Source of the DNA: Vulcanimicrobiota bacterium | GTDB taxonomy: Bacteria > Vulcanimicrobiota > Vulcanimicrobiia > Vulcanimicrobiales > Vulcanimicrobiaceae | Reading direction: 5' to 3' | Assembly: GCA_963795855.1 (NCBI GenBank) | Contig: CAWCIZ010000006.1 | Coordinates: 1 to 64,000 of the forward strand | DNA: 64,000 nucleotides | Notes under the pieces: generated by a model | The model's database searches: none | The model's input: the letters and a program-made list of their open reading frames with translations, nothing else | Told to the model about the DNA's origin: nothing | Translations under genes and position numbers: made by a program | Shown here: piece by piece, positions 21,260 to 30,475 of the stretch | Layout of the letters: every line of letters starts with the position of its first letter | Position numbering within the stretch: the first letter of the stretch is position 1

Positions 21260-21530
21260 CTATGTCGGTGACAGGCCTTTCTGTTGAAATTCCCATGCGC
21301 CATATTTCGGATCAACACGAAGTTGGATGTCAACACCAGCTGCTTTAAACGCCTGATTAACCGTACTGATTCCGAAATTCGTTAGCGCGCCGAGAACGTC
21401 AACAACAGTCAAATAGTTTGCATCGGGCCAGCCCTAATTGCGACGCCATTGTTTCTTCCATAGGCAGCGGTCCGCTTCTCGGATCATTGGGGTCACCCTG
21501 CAGCCGGACGCTAAAGGAAGCGGCGGGGAA
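21260..21530 (-). pseudogene. Degraded C-terminal fragment of an unknown low-GC gene
   Basis: ..GDPNDPRSGPLPMEETMASQLG / WPDANYLTVVDVLGALTNFGISTVNQAFKAAGVDIQLRVDPKYGAWEFQQKGLSPT*, broken by a frameshift or stop and lacking a clear start. Confidence 0.3.
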
Positions 21531-21784
21531 ATCTCAACACCAACCAAATTGGAAGCAAGGTGTTTTACCGGCTTTGCGCCGGGTGGAGCAGTTCGGTGCT
21601 TTTACGGTCCGAGCGTCAGCGAGCCCGTCAAATTGTGGTTTCGCAAAGCCGTTAGGCCGTCGCAAACCGCATCGTTCGGCCCTAAAATAATTCGACCGCT
21701 GCAACCGGTGCTGGAGCAATAACGCCCTGTCCTATAGCGACCCGAGCGCTATTGTTCGACACCGGCGGTACGTCGTCATGGGTT

Positions 21785-22813
21785 CTAAGGCGGGTCGAAT
21801 GTGGAAAGCGCGGAAACCTCGGAATCATAGTACGATGGTAGCGTGTTATACGGGTTGGAGTTGGCATTATCAGTGACGTATAGCCATTTTACGTACGCTG
21901 CATCCGCGAGAACCGACGAAGCATCGAACGTAGCAACGCCGTGAGCGATGAATGACCATTTCGCCGGCGGATATGAGGTATGGAACGAACTGCTAAGGTA
22001 CGCCGGTGTCGGTAACCCGGCATTTTCGTAGAAAACGACATTATCGACGGACGCGGCAAGATTCGCAGTCGTGTCCGTGCCGGGATTACCGACCACGTAT
22101 GCTAAACCCAGGCCATGCGCGTAACCCGTTAGCGCAGTATAGTATGCAGCACACGGATCGTATCCCGGCGGGGGCGTGGCGGGAGCGTAAGAGTTGTACT
22201 CGCACTTCGTGCCGTTCGCCATTTCGTCAATGAAGATGCCATTGGGATGATACCAGCTATTTTGATTGGCGATTTCCCGTTCTACGGTCGCAAGCGTTTG
22301 CGTAAATCCCGTACCACCCTTGTCATATGACGAATGCACGTACATCAGTATGGTTGCGCCCGCTGCTTGCTCGCTCCTTACAACGGTCCCATAATTCGGA
22401 TCAGGCGTTGCACCAGCACCGTTACTGTCGTCCGCAATCACGGCTACGGGAACGTTCGGATGCGTTTCACGGTCTGCAATCACTTTATTCCAAGCCGTCA
22501 AACCGCTTCCTGACGGATAGATATAGAGTGGAATCATTACGCCTGTTGCCTGATTCGGTGTTGGCGCTGGCGTTGGGCTGGGCGTGGGTGTCGCTGCGGC
22601 ACTCGTCGGCGTCGGCGTGGGGCTCGGGATCGAACCCGTAGGCGTCGGCATAGGGCTCGGGATCGAACCGGTGGGCGTCGGCGTAGGCGTGTTTTGCCCG
22701 ACGGTTGCACTTACATGTGGAGTTGGAGTCGGTCCAGTGTACGGGGCCGTTGCTTGTCCTGGACTCGAACAGGCCGCAAAGGCGACTACCGCGAGAATCG
22801 ATACATATTTCAT
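21785..22813 (-). CDS. Spherulin-4 / GH135-like lipoprotein with Pro/Thr linker
   Basis: Lipobox FAAC; GVMIPLYIYP, SNGAG..PDPNY, GIFIDEM, VVGNPGT, VFYEN, YNTLPSY. Confidence 0.85.
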   Translation of the reverse strand: MKYVSILAVVAFAACSSPGQATAPYTGPTPTPHVSATVGQNTPTPTPTGSIPSPMPTPTGSIPSPTPTPTSAAATPTPSPTPAPTPNQATGVMIPLYIYPSGSGLTAWNKVIADRETHPNVPVAVIADDSNGAGATPDPNYGTVVRSEQAAGATILMYVHSSYDKGGTGFTQTLATVEREIANQNSWYHPNGIFIDEMANGTKCEYNSYAPATPPPGYDPCAAYYTALTGYAHGLGLAYVVGNPGTDTTANLAASVDNVVFYENAGLPTPAYLSSSFHTSYPPAKWSFIAHGVATFDASSVLADAAYVKWLYVTDNANSNPYNTLPSYYDSEVSALSTFDPP

Positions 22814-22879
22814 GATTGCTGGTTGCGGCGACTTACTTTGCGCCAACAGCTCGTGACAACCTGTGATGCGCCTTACCAA

Positions 22880-22923
22880 CACAGTAGCATGACAATAAGA
22901 GCACAATAGCATGACAATCGGAG
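22880..22923. promoter_or_regulatory. 11-bp periodic direct repeats (OmpR/PhoB-type box candidate)
   Basis: ACA(G/A)T at 22881, 22892, 22903 and 22914; minus strand reads TTGTCAT-gcta-TTGTGCT-ctta-TTGTCAT-gcta-CTGTGTT. Confidence 0.55.
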
Positions 22924-22944
22924 CGCAAAGCGCAAAAGCCGGGC

Positions 22945-23730
22945 ATGGCAAAGGTTCGCGATTTTGTCGCAATTTGGCCAAGCATCTTCCGCAAAGCGCT
23001 TGACCTGTGGCGCAAGCATCGCGTCTCGCGCGTCGCCGCAGGCCTCTCATTCTATGCAGTGTTCTCGCTCGCGCCCATAATCTTTATTCTAGTGATTGTG
23101 GCGCGGGCGGTGGGACGCGGAGACGCGCAGGCGCTGCTGGATTCCCAGCTCGGTCTGTTGATTGGCCAAAAAGGCGCAAGCGGCGTCGACACCCTGGTGC
23201 GTGCGTCGCAGCACAATGTGACCTCGACGCCGATGTTCATCGGCGCACTGCTCATTCTGATCGCGGTATTCGCGATCTTCATGCAGGTGCAAGAAGCGCT
23301 CGACGACGTTTGGGAGATTCCGGAACACCAGCGCGGCGGTGCCTGGGAGATTATCGTTCTGCGCCTACACGTGGTAATCGCGATTCTCGTGCTGGCGTTC
23401 CTCGTCATAGCAGCGCTTTTCGCCGCGGAAACCGGAGGGCGCGCCGCGGGCATCGCCGCGAACGCCGTCGTGCTACTGCTCTTTCTCACCGTCGCGTATC
23501 GAACGCTGCCTCGGGAGAACGTCGGTTGGCGCAGCGCAGCGCTGGGCGCGCTGATCACGGGAATCATCTTGCTGTTAGGGCAGGCCGCGATATCGCTGTA
23601 TTTTCTCCGCTTTCACCCGGAGAATGGTTACGGCGCTGCCGGCTCGTTCATGGTTATTTTGATTTGGATCTACTATTCCGCGCGGCTGTTCTTGTTCGGC
23701 GCGGTGCTCACGCGGGCAATAGAGAACTAG
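22945..23730 (+). CDS. YihY/virulence factor BrkB family membrane protein
   Basis: AAGLSFYAVFSLAP, YGAAGSFMVILIWIYYSA..FLFGA. Confidence 0.9.
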   Translation: MAKVRDFVAIWPSIFRKALDLWRKHRVSRVAAGLSFYAVFSLAPIIFILVIVARAVGRGDAQALLDSQLGLLIGQKGASGVDTLVRASQHNVTSTPMFIGALLILIAVFAIFMQVQEALDDVWEIPEHQRGGAWEIIVLRLHVVIAILVLAFLVIAALFAAETGGRAAGIAANAVVLLLFLTVAYRTLPRENVGWRSAALGALITGIILLLGQAAISLYFLRFHPENGYGAAGSFMVILIWIYYSARLFLFGAVLTRAIEN

Positions 23731-24190
23731 CGCCGATGCCTACTGGATAGGTCATGGGATATCGTGAATGCCACATAAGTGCAAACGCGATTATAACCCA
23801 AAGGCATCGTAACGAAGTCTCAGTGGACGGCGATCGAAAAATGAACCAGGCGACAGTCATAGCATTTCGGATCGCCGCCTGAGGCGTTTTTAGGCAACTC
23901 AACCCAATCGGTTGTTCCCTCCCCCTTTCGCCAACCACTCGGAACAGCGCAATGCGCCCGGATTCGTGCCGAGTATAATTCACACTCGGCCACACGATCA
24001 CGCACTGCATCGTAGGTACCGTAATCGTCCCGAGGTACTTCAGCACGGATGCGGAGTGCTCGGACTTGATCAACACCCCATCGAACAGCGGGATCGCAAT
24101 GAGTGCACCGCTGCGAACCGCAAAGGTCCGTTCGGGCCGCACTATTGCGAAGTCGTGGCCTCGAACATGCACCGCTGCGGCGCAGACCAT
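23708..24190 (-). CDS. Hypothetical protein
   Basis: GAGGA RBS 7 nt before the ATG, directly downstream of the GAF membrane gene; 3' end uncertain. Confidence 0.4.
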   Translation of the reverse strand: MVCAAAVHVRGHDFAIVRPERTFAVRSGALIAIPLFDGVLIKSEHSASVLKYLGTITVPTMQCVIVWPSVNYTRHESGRIALFRVVGERGREQPIGLSCLKTPQAAIRNAMTVAWFIFRSPSTETSLRCLWVIIAFALMWHSRYPMTYPVGIGASSLLPA

Positions 24191-24205
24191 CGTAGATTCC
24201 TCGCG

Positions 24206-25951
24206 CTACGTCGCCGCTAGCGTAAGGCCGGCCGTGGATTCGGGCGCAGCGGCATGCGGAAGCAGCGCAGACGCGATCGCAGTGTGATGAGCGAGCAATG
24301 AAAGCGCTTTCGTTTCGTCGTCCAGGTACGCAGTGCGGTCGGGTTTCGGACCGCAACACAAAAACCCGACTAGATCGCCGCGCACCGACATCGGCACGAA
24401 CAGCATGTGCAGCCGTTCGTCGGAATCGTCGTCTACTTCGAACGGTTCTTGCCAGCGGCGCAAACGAAGCGGCACACCGTCGTTGAAGCGGTATGTCTCT
24501 GGAAAATTTCCGCCTCCGGCGTCCGCGCAGCGCTCGTACCGGTCGCCCCGGTGCAGGTAGTACGCAGCGCCGAGCGGGCTGAGCGCACCCTTCACCGTCT
24601 GCACTCCGAGTTGCATCAGGTCGGCGGCATCCGTTGCGGCGTCTGCTTCCCGCGCGACGCGTTCGATGTCGGCCAAACCCTGCAAACGCTTGCGAAAGAA
24701 CGCGCGCGTCAACCGTTCTTCGACGAAGCGGTGAATCGAGCGCGCCGACATGCCCAGTGCCAGCACGATGACCAGCGTCAGCAACTGGGCCGCTAAGCCG
24801 CTTTTGTCGTGCGAAAGCCCGAACGATTGCTCGAAGATTTTGGCGATGCCCCACTCCGCTGCAATGAAGACGCCCACGATGATCATCGAAACGAGCGTGA
24901 ACACGGTGGCGCGTGAAACGAGGATGTTGAGATCGACCAATCGGTGACGCAGCACCGGATAGGCAACGCCGAACGCAACGAACAGCACCTGCGCCGCATT
25001 CACGAAATCGCCGTAATGCGTTTGCAGCGCCGTCCCGCCCGCCAGATATTCAACTGGCGGCGCCATGCTGAAGGCGGTCGCGACCAGCCACATGCCGCCG
25101 AGCCAATGCACCGGTGCCGCGTCTTCACGGCGTGCACTCGCAAAGGCGTCAACAATAGCCACGACGAGAACCAGCGCGAATGCAAGCGAAAGAATTGCCG
25201 CGCCTCGGGCGATACCGATTCCTTCATTCACCAGGGTATTGGTGACGCCGTTGGCGACAAAACTTGCGTTCCCATAAATTGCCAGTGCAGCGACAAGCAA
25301 TTTGGCCAGACCACACCAGGAGAGCGCAGCACGCAGTTTCAAGCGATGAGGCGGATAGATAGCCAGCAAGGACAGCGCGGCCCAATACGCCGCGGCCGCA
25401 AGGGGAAGCGGCAAGAATTTATTCAAGATCTCCGCACACCACGAATTGCCGCAGACGAGGCTGCCGCTCAACGAAAGTGCGGCCGCACCGGAGAAGAATA
25501 GCACGGCCGCGGCGCGCACGGCCACGCGCTGATTGCGCGCTCGCAGCAGCACGAGAATCGCCACGATGAAGGCGCACAGTGCCGTCAGCGTATTGACCAG
25601 TTTGTTGATCTGCTGCTGCACGCCGAGCGCTCCGGTGAACGGAACAAAGGCAAAACTGATGACCCGCACATTGCCGTTCGCCTCGACGACGTGCTCGCGG
25701 ACGACGGTTCCGACCGGCCCCGCGTCTTCTCGCACGTAGTCGTTGCCTTTGTTGGCGATGACGCGCTGCCCCACGCGCAATCCGGCAGCGTATGCCGGCC
25801 CGGACGGATCAGAGAAATAGACGTGCGAGTACAACGCACCCGGCGCGAAATTGTAGCCGCCGTATCCCCAGGTAATCGGGAGCGCGAGCACGAGCAGCGC
25901 CAACGGTATGCCGGCAGCGGCGCAAATCAGGACCACGGTGCGAACATTCAT
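24206..25951 (-). CDS. Multi-pass membrane sensor-like protein (PDZ-like N-region, ~8 TM, C-terminal GAF-like domain)
   Basis: GPAYAAGLRVGQRVI; AYPVLRHRLVDLNILVSRA; LFVPMSVRGDLVGFLCCGPKPDRTAYLDDE; GGAGGGG RBS. Confidence 0.8.
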   Translation of the reverse strand: MNVRTVVLICAAAGIPLALLVLALPITWGYGGYNFAPGALYSHVYFSDPSGPAYAAGLRVGQRVIANKGNDYVREDAGPVGTVVREHVVEANGNVRVISFAFVPFTGALGVQQQINKLVNTLTALCAFIVAILVLLRARNQRVAVRAAAVLFFSGAAALSLSGSLVCGNSWCAEILNKFLPLPLAAAAYWAALSLLAIYPPHRLKLRAALSWCGLAKLLVAALAIYGNASFVANGVTNTLVNEGIGIARGAAILSLAFALVLVVAIVDAFASARREDAAPVHWLGGMWLVATAFSMAPPVEYLAGGTALQTHYGDFVNAAQVLFVAFGVAYPVLRHRLVDLNILVSRATVFTLVSMIIVGVFIAAEWGIAKIFEQSFGLSHDKSGLAAQLLTLVIVLALGMSARSIHRFVEERLTRAFFRKRLQGLADIERVAREADAATDAADLMQLGVQTVKGALSPLGAAYYLHRGDRYERCADAGGGNFPETYRFNDGVPLRLRRWQEPFEVDDDSDERLHMLFVPMSVRGDLVGFLCCGPKPDRTAYLDDETKALSLLAHHTAIASALLPHAAAPESTAGLTLAAT

Positions 25952-26145
25952 CGAAGGCCCCTCCGTGACCGATACTTCGCTTGCCTGTCGCGCGTTCCGC
26001 TTATAGACCTCTAGACCCACGTTCGCTCCCCGTGGCCGGGCCGCGGCCGTTGGCGAAGCGAAGCAAACCGACCATAGGCCGACGCAGCACCCGCCTATGC
26101 AGTTGGCGAATGACCTACATCGACGCAAGAAAACGGCGGTTATAT

Positions 26146-26491
26146 ATGGCAGATCTGGCAGATCGGACGTGCGTTCCTTGTCGCGGCGGCGAGCCGCCGA
26201 TGGAGCGCGCGCAGGCGCAGAAAACGCTCCAGCAGGCTCGATGAATGGGATCTGAAAGAGAATGGGCATCTGATGCTCGAAAAAACATTTCGATTCAAAG
26301 ACTTCGCGCAAGCGCTCGATTTCGTGAATCGCATCGGAGCACTCGCCGAAGATCAGGCGCATCACCCGGATCTGTACCTTGCGTGGGGACGCGTTACGGT
26401 ACGGATTTGGACGCATAAGATTAAAGGTCTGACCGAAAGCGATTTTGTCTTCGCGGCAAAATGCGATCGCTTAGCAACTGCCGGCCAATGA
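26146..26491 (+). CDS. Pterin-4a-carbinolamine dehydratase (apparent +1 frameshift ~26236)
   Basis: LADRTCVPCRGG..FKDFAQALDFVNRIG..AHHPDL..WTHKIKGLTESDF. Confidence 0.9.
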
Positions 26492-26514
26492 TGTGCCGCG
26501 CCGGCTGCGATCTT

Positions 26515-26736
26515 TCACTTCGAAAAAGACGCGGTGACGATAACTACCACCGCTAGGACGAGCAAGCTGCCGGCGATCAACAGGATCGCCGCTTTTTTGT
26601 TGACCGGCGTTTCGTCGACCCCGCCGCGCTCGCCCGCGACGGTCGTCGCCGCGGTTGCGGCGATCACCGCTCCGCACGCAGCACAAGATGCGGCGCTCGC
26701 CGCGCACGCCGCCCCACAAGCCGAACAACACGCCAT
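26515..26736 (-). CDS. Small zinc-ribbon plus TM protein
   Basis: CSACG..CAACG, C-terminal TM; GAGGAGG RBS. Confidence 0.65.
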   Translation of the reverse strand: MACCSACGAACAASAASCAACGAVIAATAATTVAGERGGVDETPVNKKAAILLIAGSLLVLAVVVIVTASFSK

Positions 26737-26788
26737 GTCTCGTCCTCCTCTGCCAGGTGTTTCGTTCAGCGCTTCGCACTTAACTGCA

Positions 26789-27175
26789 ATGCTCGACCAT
26801 ATCTCGCTCGGCGTCGAAAACCTGCAGCGCTCGATGCGCTTCTATGACGCAGTCTTGGGCACGTTGGGACACGTGCGTCTGTGGTCCGACGATGATGCAG
26901 CCGGGTACGGGCCGCCCGATGGCACCGACGAGCAGTTCGCAATCAAACAACAGCGCAGCGGCGCGATAGCGCCTCCCGATCGATTACATATTGCGTTTCA
27001 GGCGGGCGATCGAGCATCGGTGAAAGATTTCTACGCGTGCGCGATGGCCAATGGCGCCGTGGACAACGGTGCGCCGAAAGTGCATGAGGAATATGGCCGC
27101 GGCTACTTCGCCGCGTTCGTCATCGACCTGGACGGTTATCCGCTCGAAGCGGTGTACCACGAGGCGACGGTGTAA
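26789..27175 (+). CDS. VOC/glyoxalase family protein
   Basis: MLDHISLGV..FYDAVL..HIAFQA..DNGAP..YFAAFVIDLDGYPLEAV. Confidence 0.92.
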   Translation: MLDHISLGVENLQRSMRFYDAVLGTLGHVRLWSDDDAAGYGPPDGTDEQFAIKQQRSGAIAPPDRLHIAFQAGDRASVKDFYACAMANGAVDNGAPKVHEEYGRGYFAAFVIDLDGYPLEAVYHEATV

Positions 27176-28156
27176 CGACGGGCGTAGCCGTGGACAGCGG
27201 CGTAGCAGTCGGTGACGGCGTAGCCGTCGGTAACGGCGTAGCCAGTGGGCAAAGGCGTAGCGTAGAGACGGCGTAGCGCCGGTTGCGCACAGCGTCTGCA
27301 GCGAAGCGACCGCGTTTTTGTCCGCAGCCGCGGTGCCGAGTTGCGTATATACCAGCGCGTACGCGTTGCCGCTTCCTTGCGTTACCGCCAAATGTACCGT
27401 TACCGGCATGGGGCCGGCGGTAATCCGCAGTTCCGAAATCAATCCCTGATAGCCGCACATGGTCATGCGCTTCTGCTGCACGATCTTCAGCGGCATTTTG
27501 CGTCTGGTGTTTTTCATCGTTTGCTGCTGCGCGCTTCCGAGCAACGACTCGAGCGAACCGGCCGGCGAACCGCGCATCAGCAGCAAGATTTGGCCCGGCT
27601 GGGTGCCCATCCACATACCTTCAATCTGCATCGCATCTGACGTCTTCGTCCAGCCGTGCGGCGGCGAGAGCGTTTGCACGCTCGCCGTTCCGCTGGGGCA
27701 AAATGCATGCATCACGGAGGCGATTGCCGGATCGGCGGCATGCTGCAAAGGACGCGTGTAGACGAGCATATACGCGTGGCCGTTCTTCACCGCCACCTCT
27801 TGCTCCAGCATTGCTCCTTTGCTGCCGCTTCCAATGCGCACGTTCACCATTCGCGCAGGCGATCCGCAAAGTTTGATGGCAGTGTTGGAAATCGTCTTCG
27901 CGGCGCCCGTGTCTGCGCTCCCATGCAAGGTCGACATCGGCGAGGTAAGCATCTCGACTGTTCCGGGAAACGGAAATGCGACGGCGCTGAATGTCGCGCG
28001 GCCACCGCCGCTCAGAGCCGGGCCTTTCCAAACGTTGGTAACTTGGCCTGCTACGGCGCTCTGCGGCAGTTGCACCCATCCCGCCGGCGGCGTGAACGGC
28101 AGCGCCGCAACGACGGCCAACACGACGGCTTGCACCCCCGAAATCATGCTTGCCAC
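27120..28156 (-). CDS. Secreted protein with two PsbP/Mog1-like repeats and an ATP(L/S)PT tail (frameshifts ~27250-27265)
   Basis: Two PPxGW-initiated domains, each ending AYxLVYT..S(V/L)xxxC; the repeat tail continues in another frame. Confidence 0.65.
27180..27278 (-). repeat. 18-bp coding repeat (gctacgccgNNNccgact, ATPxPT) x~5-6
   Basis: Repeated ggcgtagc on the plus strand at ~18-bp spacing. Confidence 0.7.
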
Positions 28157-28166
28157 TCCTCGTTTC

Positions 28167-29369
28167 TCACACTTGCGCTTTGAGCAGGCCGACTGATTTT
28201 CCGACCGCTTCGAACGCCTGCAGGGCGCGATCCATTTCTTCCTTCGTCAGTTTCGCGCTGATCTGCACGCGTATCCTCGCCGTGCCTTCCGGCACGACCG
28301 GGAAGCCGAAGCCGGTAACGAACACGCCCTTCTTCAACAGTTGATCGCTCATTGCGATCGCGAACGCGGTGTCGCCGACGATGATCGGAATGATCGCGCT
28401 CTCACCCTCGAGCGGCGAGAATCCAAGCCGCTTGAGTTCGCCGCGGAAATAGGCGACGTTGTCGCGCAGACGCTGCACGAGTTGCGGATGTTCGTCCAGG
28501 TAGTCTAGCGCCGCTAGAGCGCTGCACGCGACGGTTGCGGGAAGCGCGTTCGAAAACAACTGCGGACGCGATTTTTGGATCAGCGTGTCGACGAGCGCCG
28601 CACTTCCCGCGACGAAACCACCCGCGGCGCCGCCCAGCGCTTTCCCGAGCGTGCCGGTGATGATGTCGATCTGATCGTCCAAACCGAAGTGCTCGATCGT
28701 TCCGCGGCCGGTTCTCCCCATCACGCCGGTGCCGTGCGAGTCGTCCACGACCGTCACGGCGTTGTACTTCTTCGCGAGTTCGACGATCGCGGGCAGGTTG
28801 GCGATGCTGCCTTCCATCGAAAACACCCCGTCGGTCACGATCACAATTGGCGAGCAGCCTTGCACCGCTTTCAGCTTCTCTTCCAGATCGCCCATATCGC
28901 TGTGCTTGTATCGCTCGCGCCGGGCTTTGCTGGCCAGGCGCGACCCGTCGATGATCGAGGCGTGATTCAGCTCGTCCGAAAGCAGGGCGGAGCCTTCCTC
29001 ACAAATCGCGGGAAACAAGCCGGTGTTGGCGTTCCAGCACGACACATACGTGAGCGACGCTTTCAAGCGCAAAAACTCAGCGATGCGCTCTTCAAGGCGG
29101 CGATGAATGTCGAAGGTTCCGCAGATGAAGCGCACGGAGGCGGTGCCGGCACCGTACTTTTCCAACCCGCGCTTGCCCGCATCGATTACCGACGATTCAT
29201 CCGAAAGCCCGAGATAGTTGTTGCTCGAGAGAATGATGACGTCGCCCGCTTCCTCCATGTGCACTTCGGCGGCCATCGGCGTCGTAAGATGACGCAGCGT
29301 CTTATACGTGCCGGCGCTCCGTAGTTTGTCCAGGTCCGCTTGCAGCTTTCGTTCGAACGTCGCGTTCAC
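28167..29369 (-). CDS. kbl: Glycine C-acetyltransferase (2-amino-3-ketobutyrate CoA ligase)
   Basis: SNNYLGL, SVRFICGT, SDELNHASIIDG, TGTLGKALGG, ARIRVQIS; GTGA overlap with tdh. Confidence 0.95.
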   Translation of the reverse strand: MNATFERKLQADLDKLRSAGTYKTLRHLTTPMAAEVHMEEAGDVIILSSNNYLGLSDESSVIDAGKRGLEKYGAGTASVRFICGTFDIHRRLEERIAEFLRLKASLTYVSCWNANTGLFPAICEEGSALLSDELNHASIIDGSRLASKARRERYKHSDMGDLEEKLKAVQGCSPIVIVTDGVFSMEGSIANLPAIVELAKKYNAVTVVDDSHGTGVMGRTGRGTIEHFGLDDQIDIITGTLGKALGGAAGGFVAGSAALVDTLIQKSRPQLFSNALPATVACSALAALDYLDEHPQLVQRLRDNVAYFRGELKRLGFSPLEGESAIIPIIVGDTAFAIAMSDQLLKKGVFVTGFGFPVVPEGTARIRVQISAKLTKEEMDRALQAFEAVGKSVGLLKAQV

Positions 29370-30427
29370 TTTGCCAAATCTCCCTTGAGGTCGAGAACGA
29401 TTTTTGCGGCTTCGCCGCTGTGCATCAGTTCGAAGGCGCGGTCGAATTGCCCGAACGGCAGTACGTGCGTGATGATTGCGCGCAGATTGACGCGTCCGCT
29501 TCGCACGAGCGCCTGCGTTTGGTACCACGTTTCGAACATGCGGCGTCCGTTGATGCCTAGGACCGTGAGGCCTTTGAAAATGATCCGCTCGGCAAGATTG
29601 AGATTGATATTATCGCTCGGAATTCCGAGCAGGGCCGCTGTCCCGCCGTTGCGCACCATGCGAAGTCCGCTGTCGATGGCTTGACCGCTGCCGGACATCT
29701 CCAGCAGGACGTCCGCGCCGTCGCCGTTGGTGCGTTTCAAAATTTCGCTGACGAGATCGGGATGCGTTGCAGAAAACGTTTCATCCGCACCAAGCGACTC
29801 GGCAAGTTTCAATTTTGCAGGATTGACGTCGATTGCGTAGACAGCCGACGCGCCGGCCGCGCGCGCAACGGGAATGGCCATCAGTCCAATCGATCCGACG
29901 CCGGTAATGATGACCGACTTCACGCTGACGCCGGCAGCCATCACTGTGTGCACGGCGTTGCCGAGCGGATCGAAGATCGCCGCGAATTCGTCCGGTATCG
30001 ACGGGTCGAGCGGCCAAACGTTGACTTCCGGCATCGCGATGTAGTCCGCGAAAGCGCCATCGCGATCGACGCCGATTATTTGAACTTTTTCGCAAATGTG
30101 CGCTTCGCCCGTGCGGCAAAGAAAGCACGTACCGTCGGCAATATGCCCTTCCGCCGAAACGCGATCTCCGACTTTCACCAAGCGAACCGCGGCGCCCACC
30201 GCGGCGACGGTGCCCATGAATTCGTGGCCAATCGTGAGCGGCGGACGAACGCGATGCTGCGCCCACTTATCCCATGAATAGATGTGCGCGTCCGTGCCGC
30301 ATACGCCGGCTTTCTCCACGCGGATAAGCACATCCGATGGACCGAGGTCCGGCAACGGAACTTCTTGCAGGACGAACCCTTCTTCGGGCTTCATCTTGCG
30401 CAGCGAGCGCATGGTCTTGGGTAACAT
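29366..30427 (-). CDS. tdh: L-threonine 3-dehydrogenase
   Basis: GVCGTDAHIY.WD.WAQ, GHEF, DPLGNAVHT, GINGRRMFETWY. Confidence 0.95.
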   Translation of the reverse strand: MLPKTMRSLRKMKPEEGFVLQEVPLPDLGPSDVLIRVEKAGVCGTDAHIYSWDKWAQHRVRPPLTIGHEFMGTVAAVGAAVRLVKVGDRVSAEGHIADGTCFLCRTGEAHICEKVQIIGVDRDGAFADYIAMPEVNVWPLDPSIPDEFAAIFDPLGNAVHTVMAAGVSVKSVIITGVGSIGLMAIPVARAAGASAVYAIDVNPAKLKLAESLGADETFSATHPDLVSEILKRTNGDGADVLLEMSGSGQAIDSGLRMVRNGGTAALLGIPSDNINLNLAERIIFKGLTVLGINGRRMFETWYQTQALVRSGRVNLRAIITHVLPFGQFDRAFELMHSGEAAKIVLDLKGDLAK

Positions 30428-30475
30428 GACGGGCCGGTTTATTCGCGCCCGGCCCGCCGCGCTCATGCGAAGACG

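Noticed and set aside
21600..21730. Tlde1/DUF2778-like SxGC motif in a minus-strand fragment
   Set aside because: Too short, interrupted by stops, and the expected upstream His motif is not visible.
26040..26110. GTTGGCGAA direct repeat and CATAGGC hairpin in the divergent intergenic region
   Set aside because: Only two short copies, compatible with chance.
20292..28160. Intact prophage, ICE or IS element at the tRNA
   Set aside because: No integrase, transposase, structural genes or att duplication was found.
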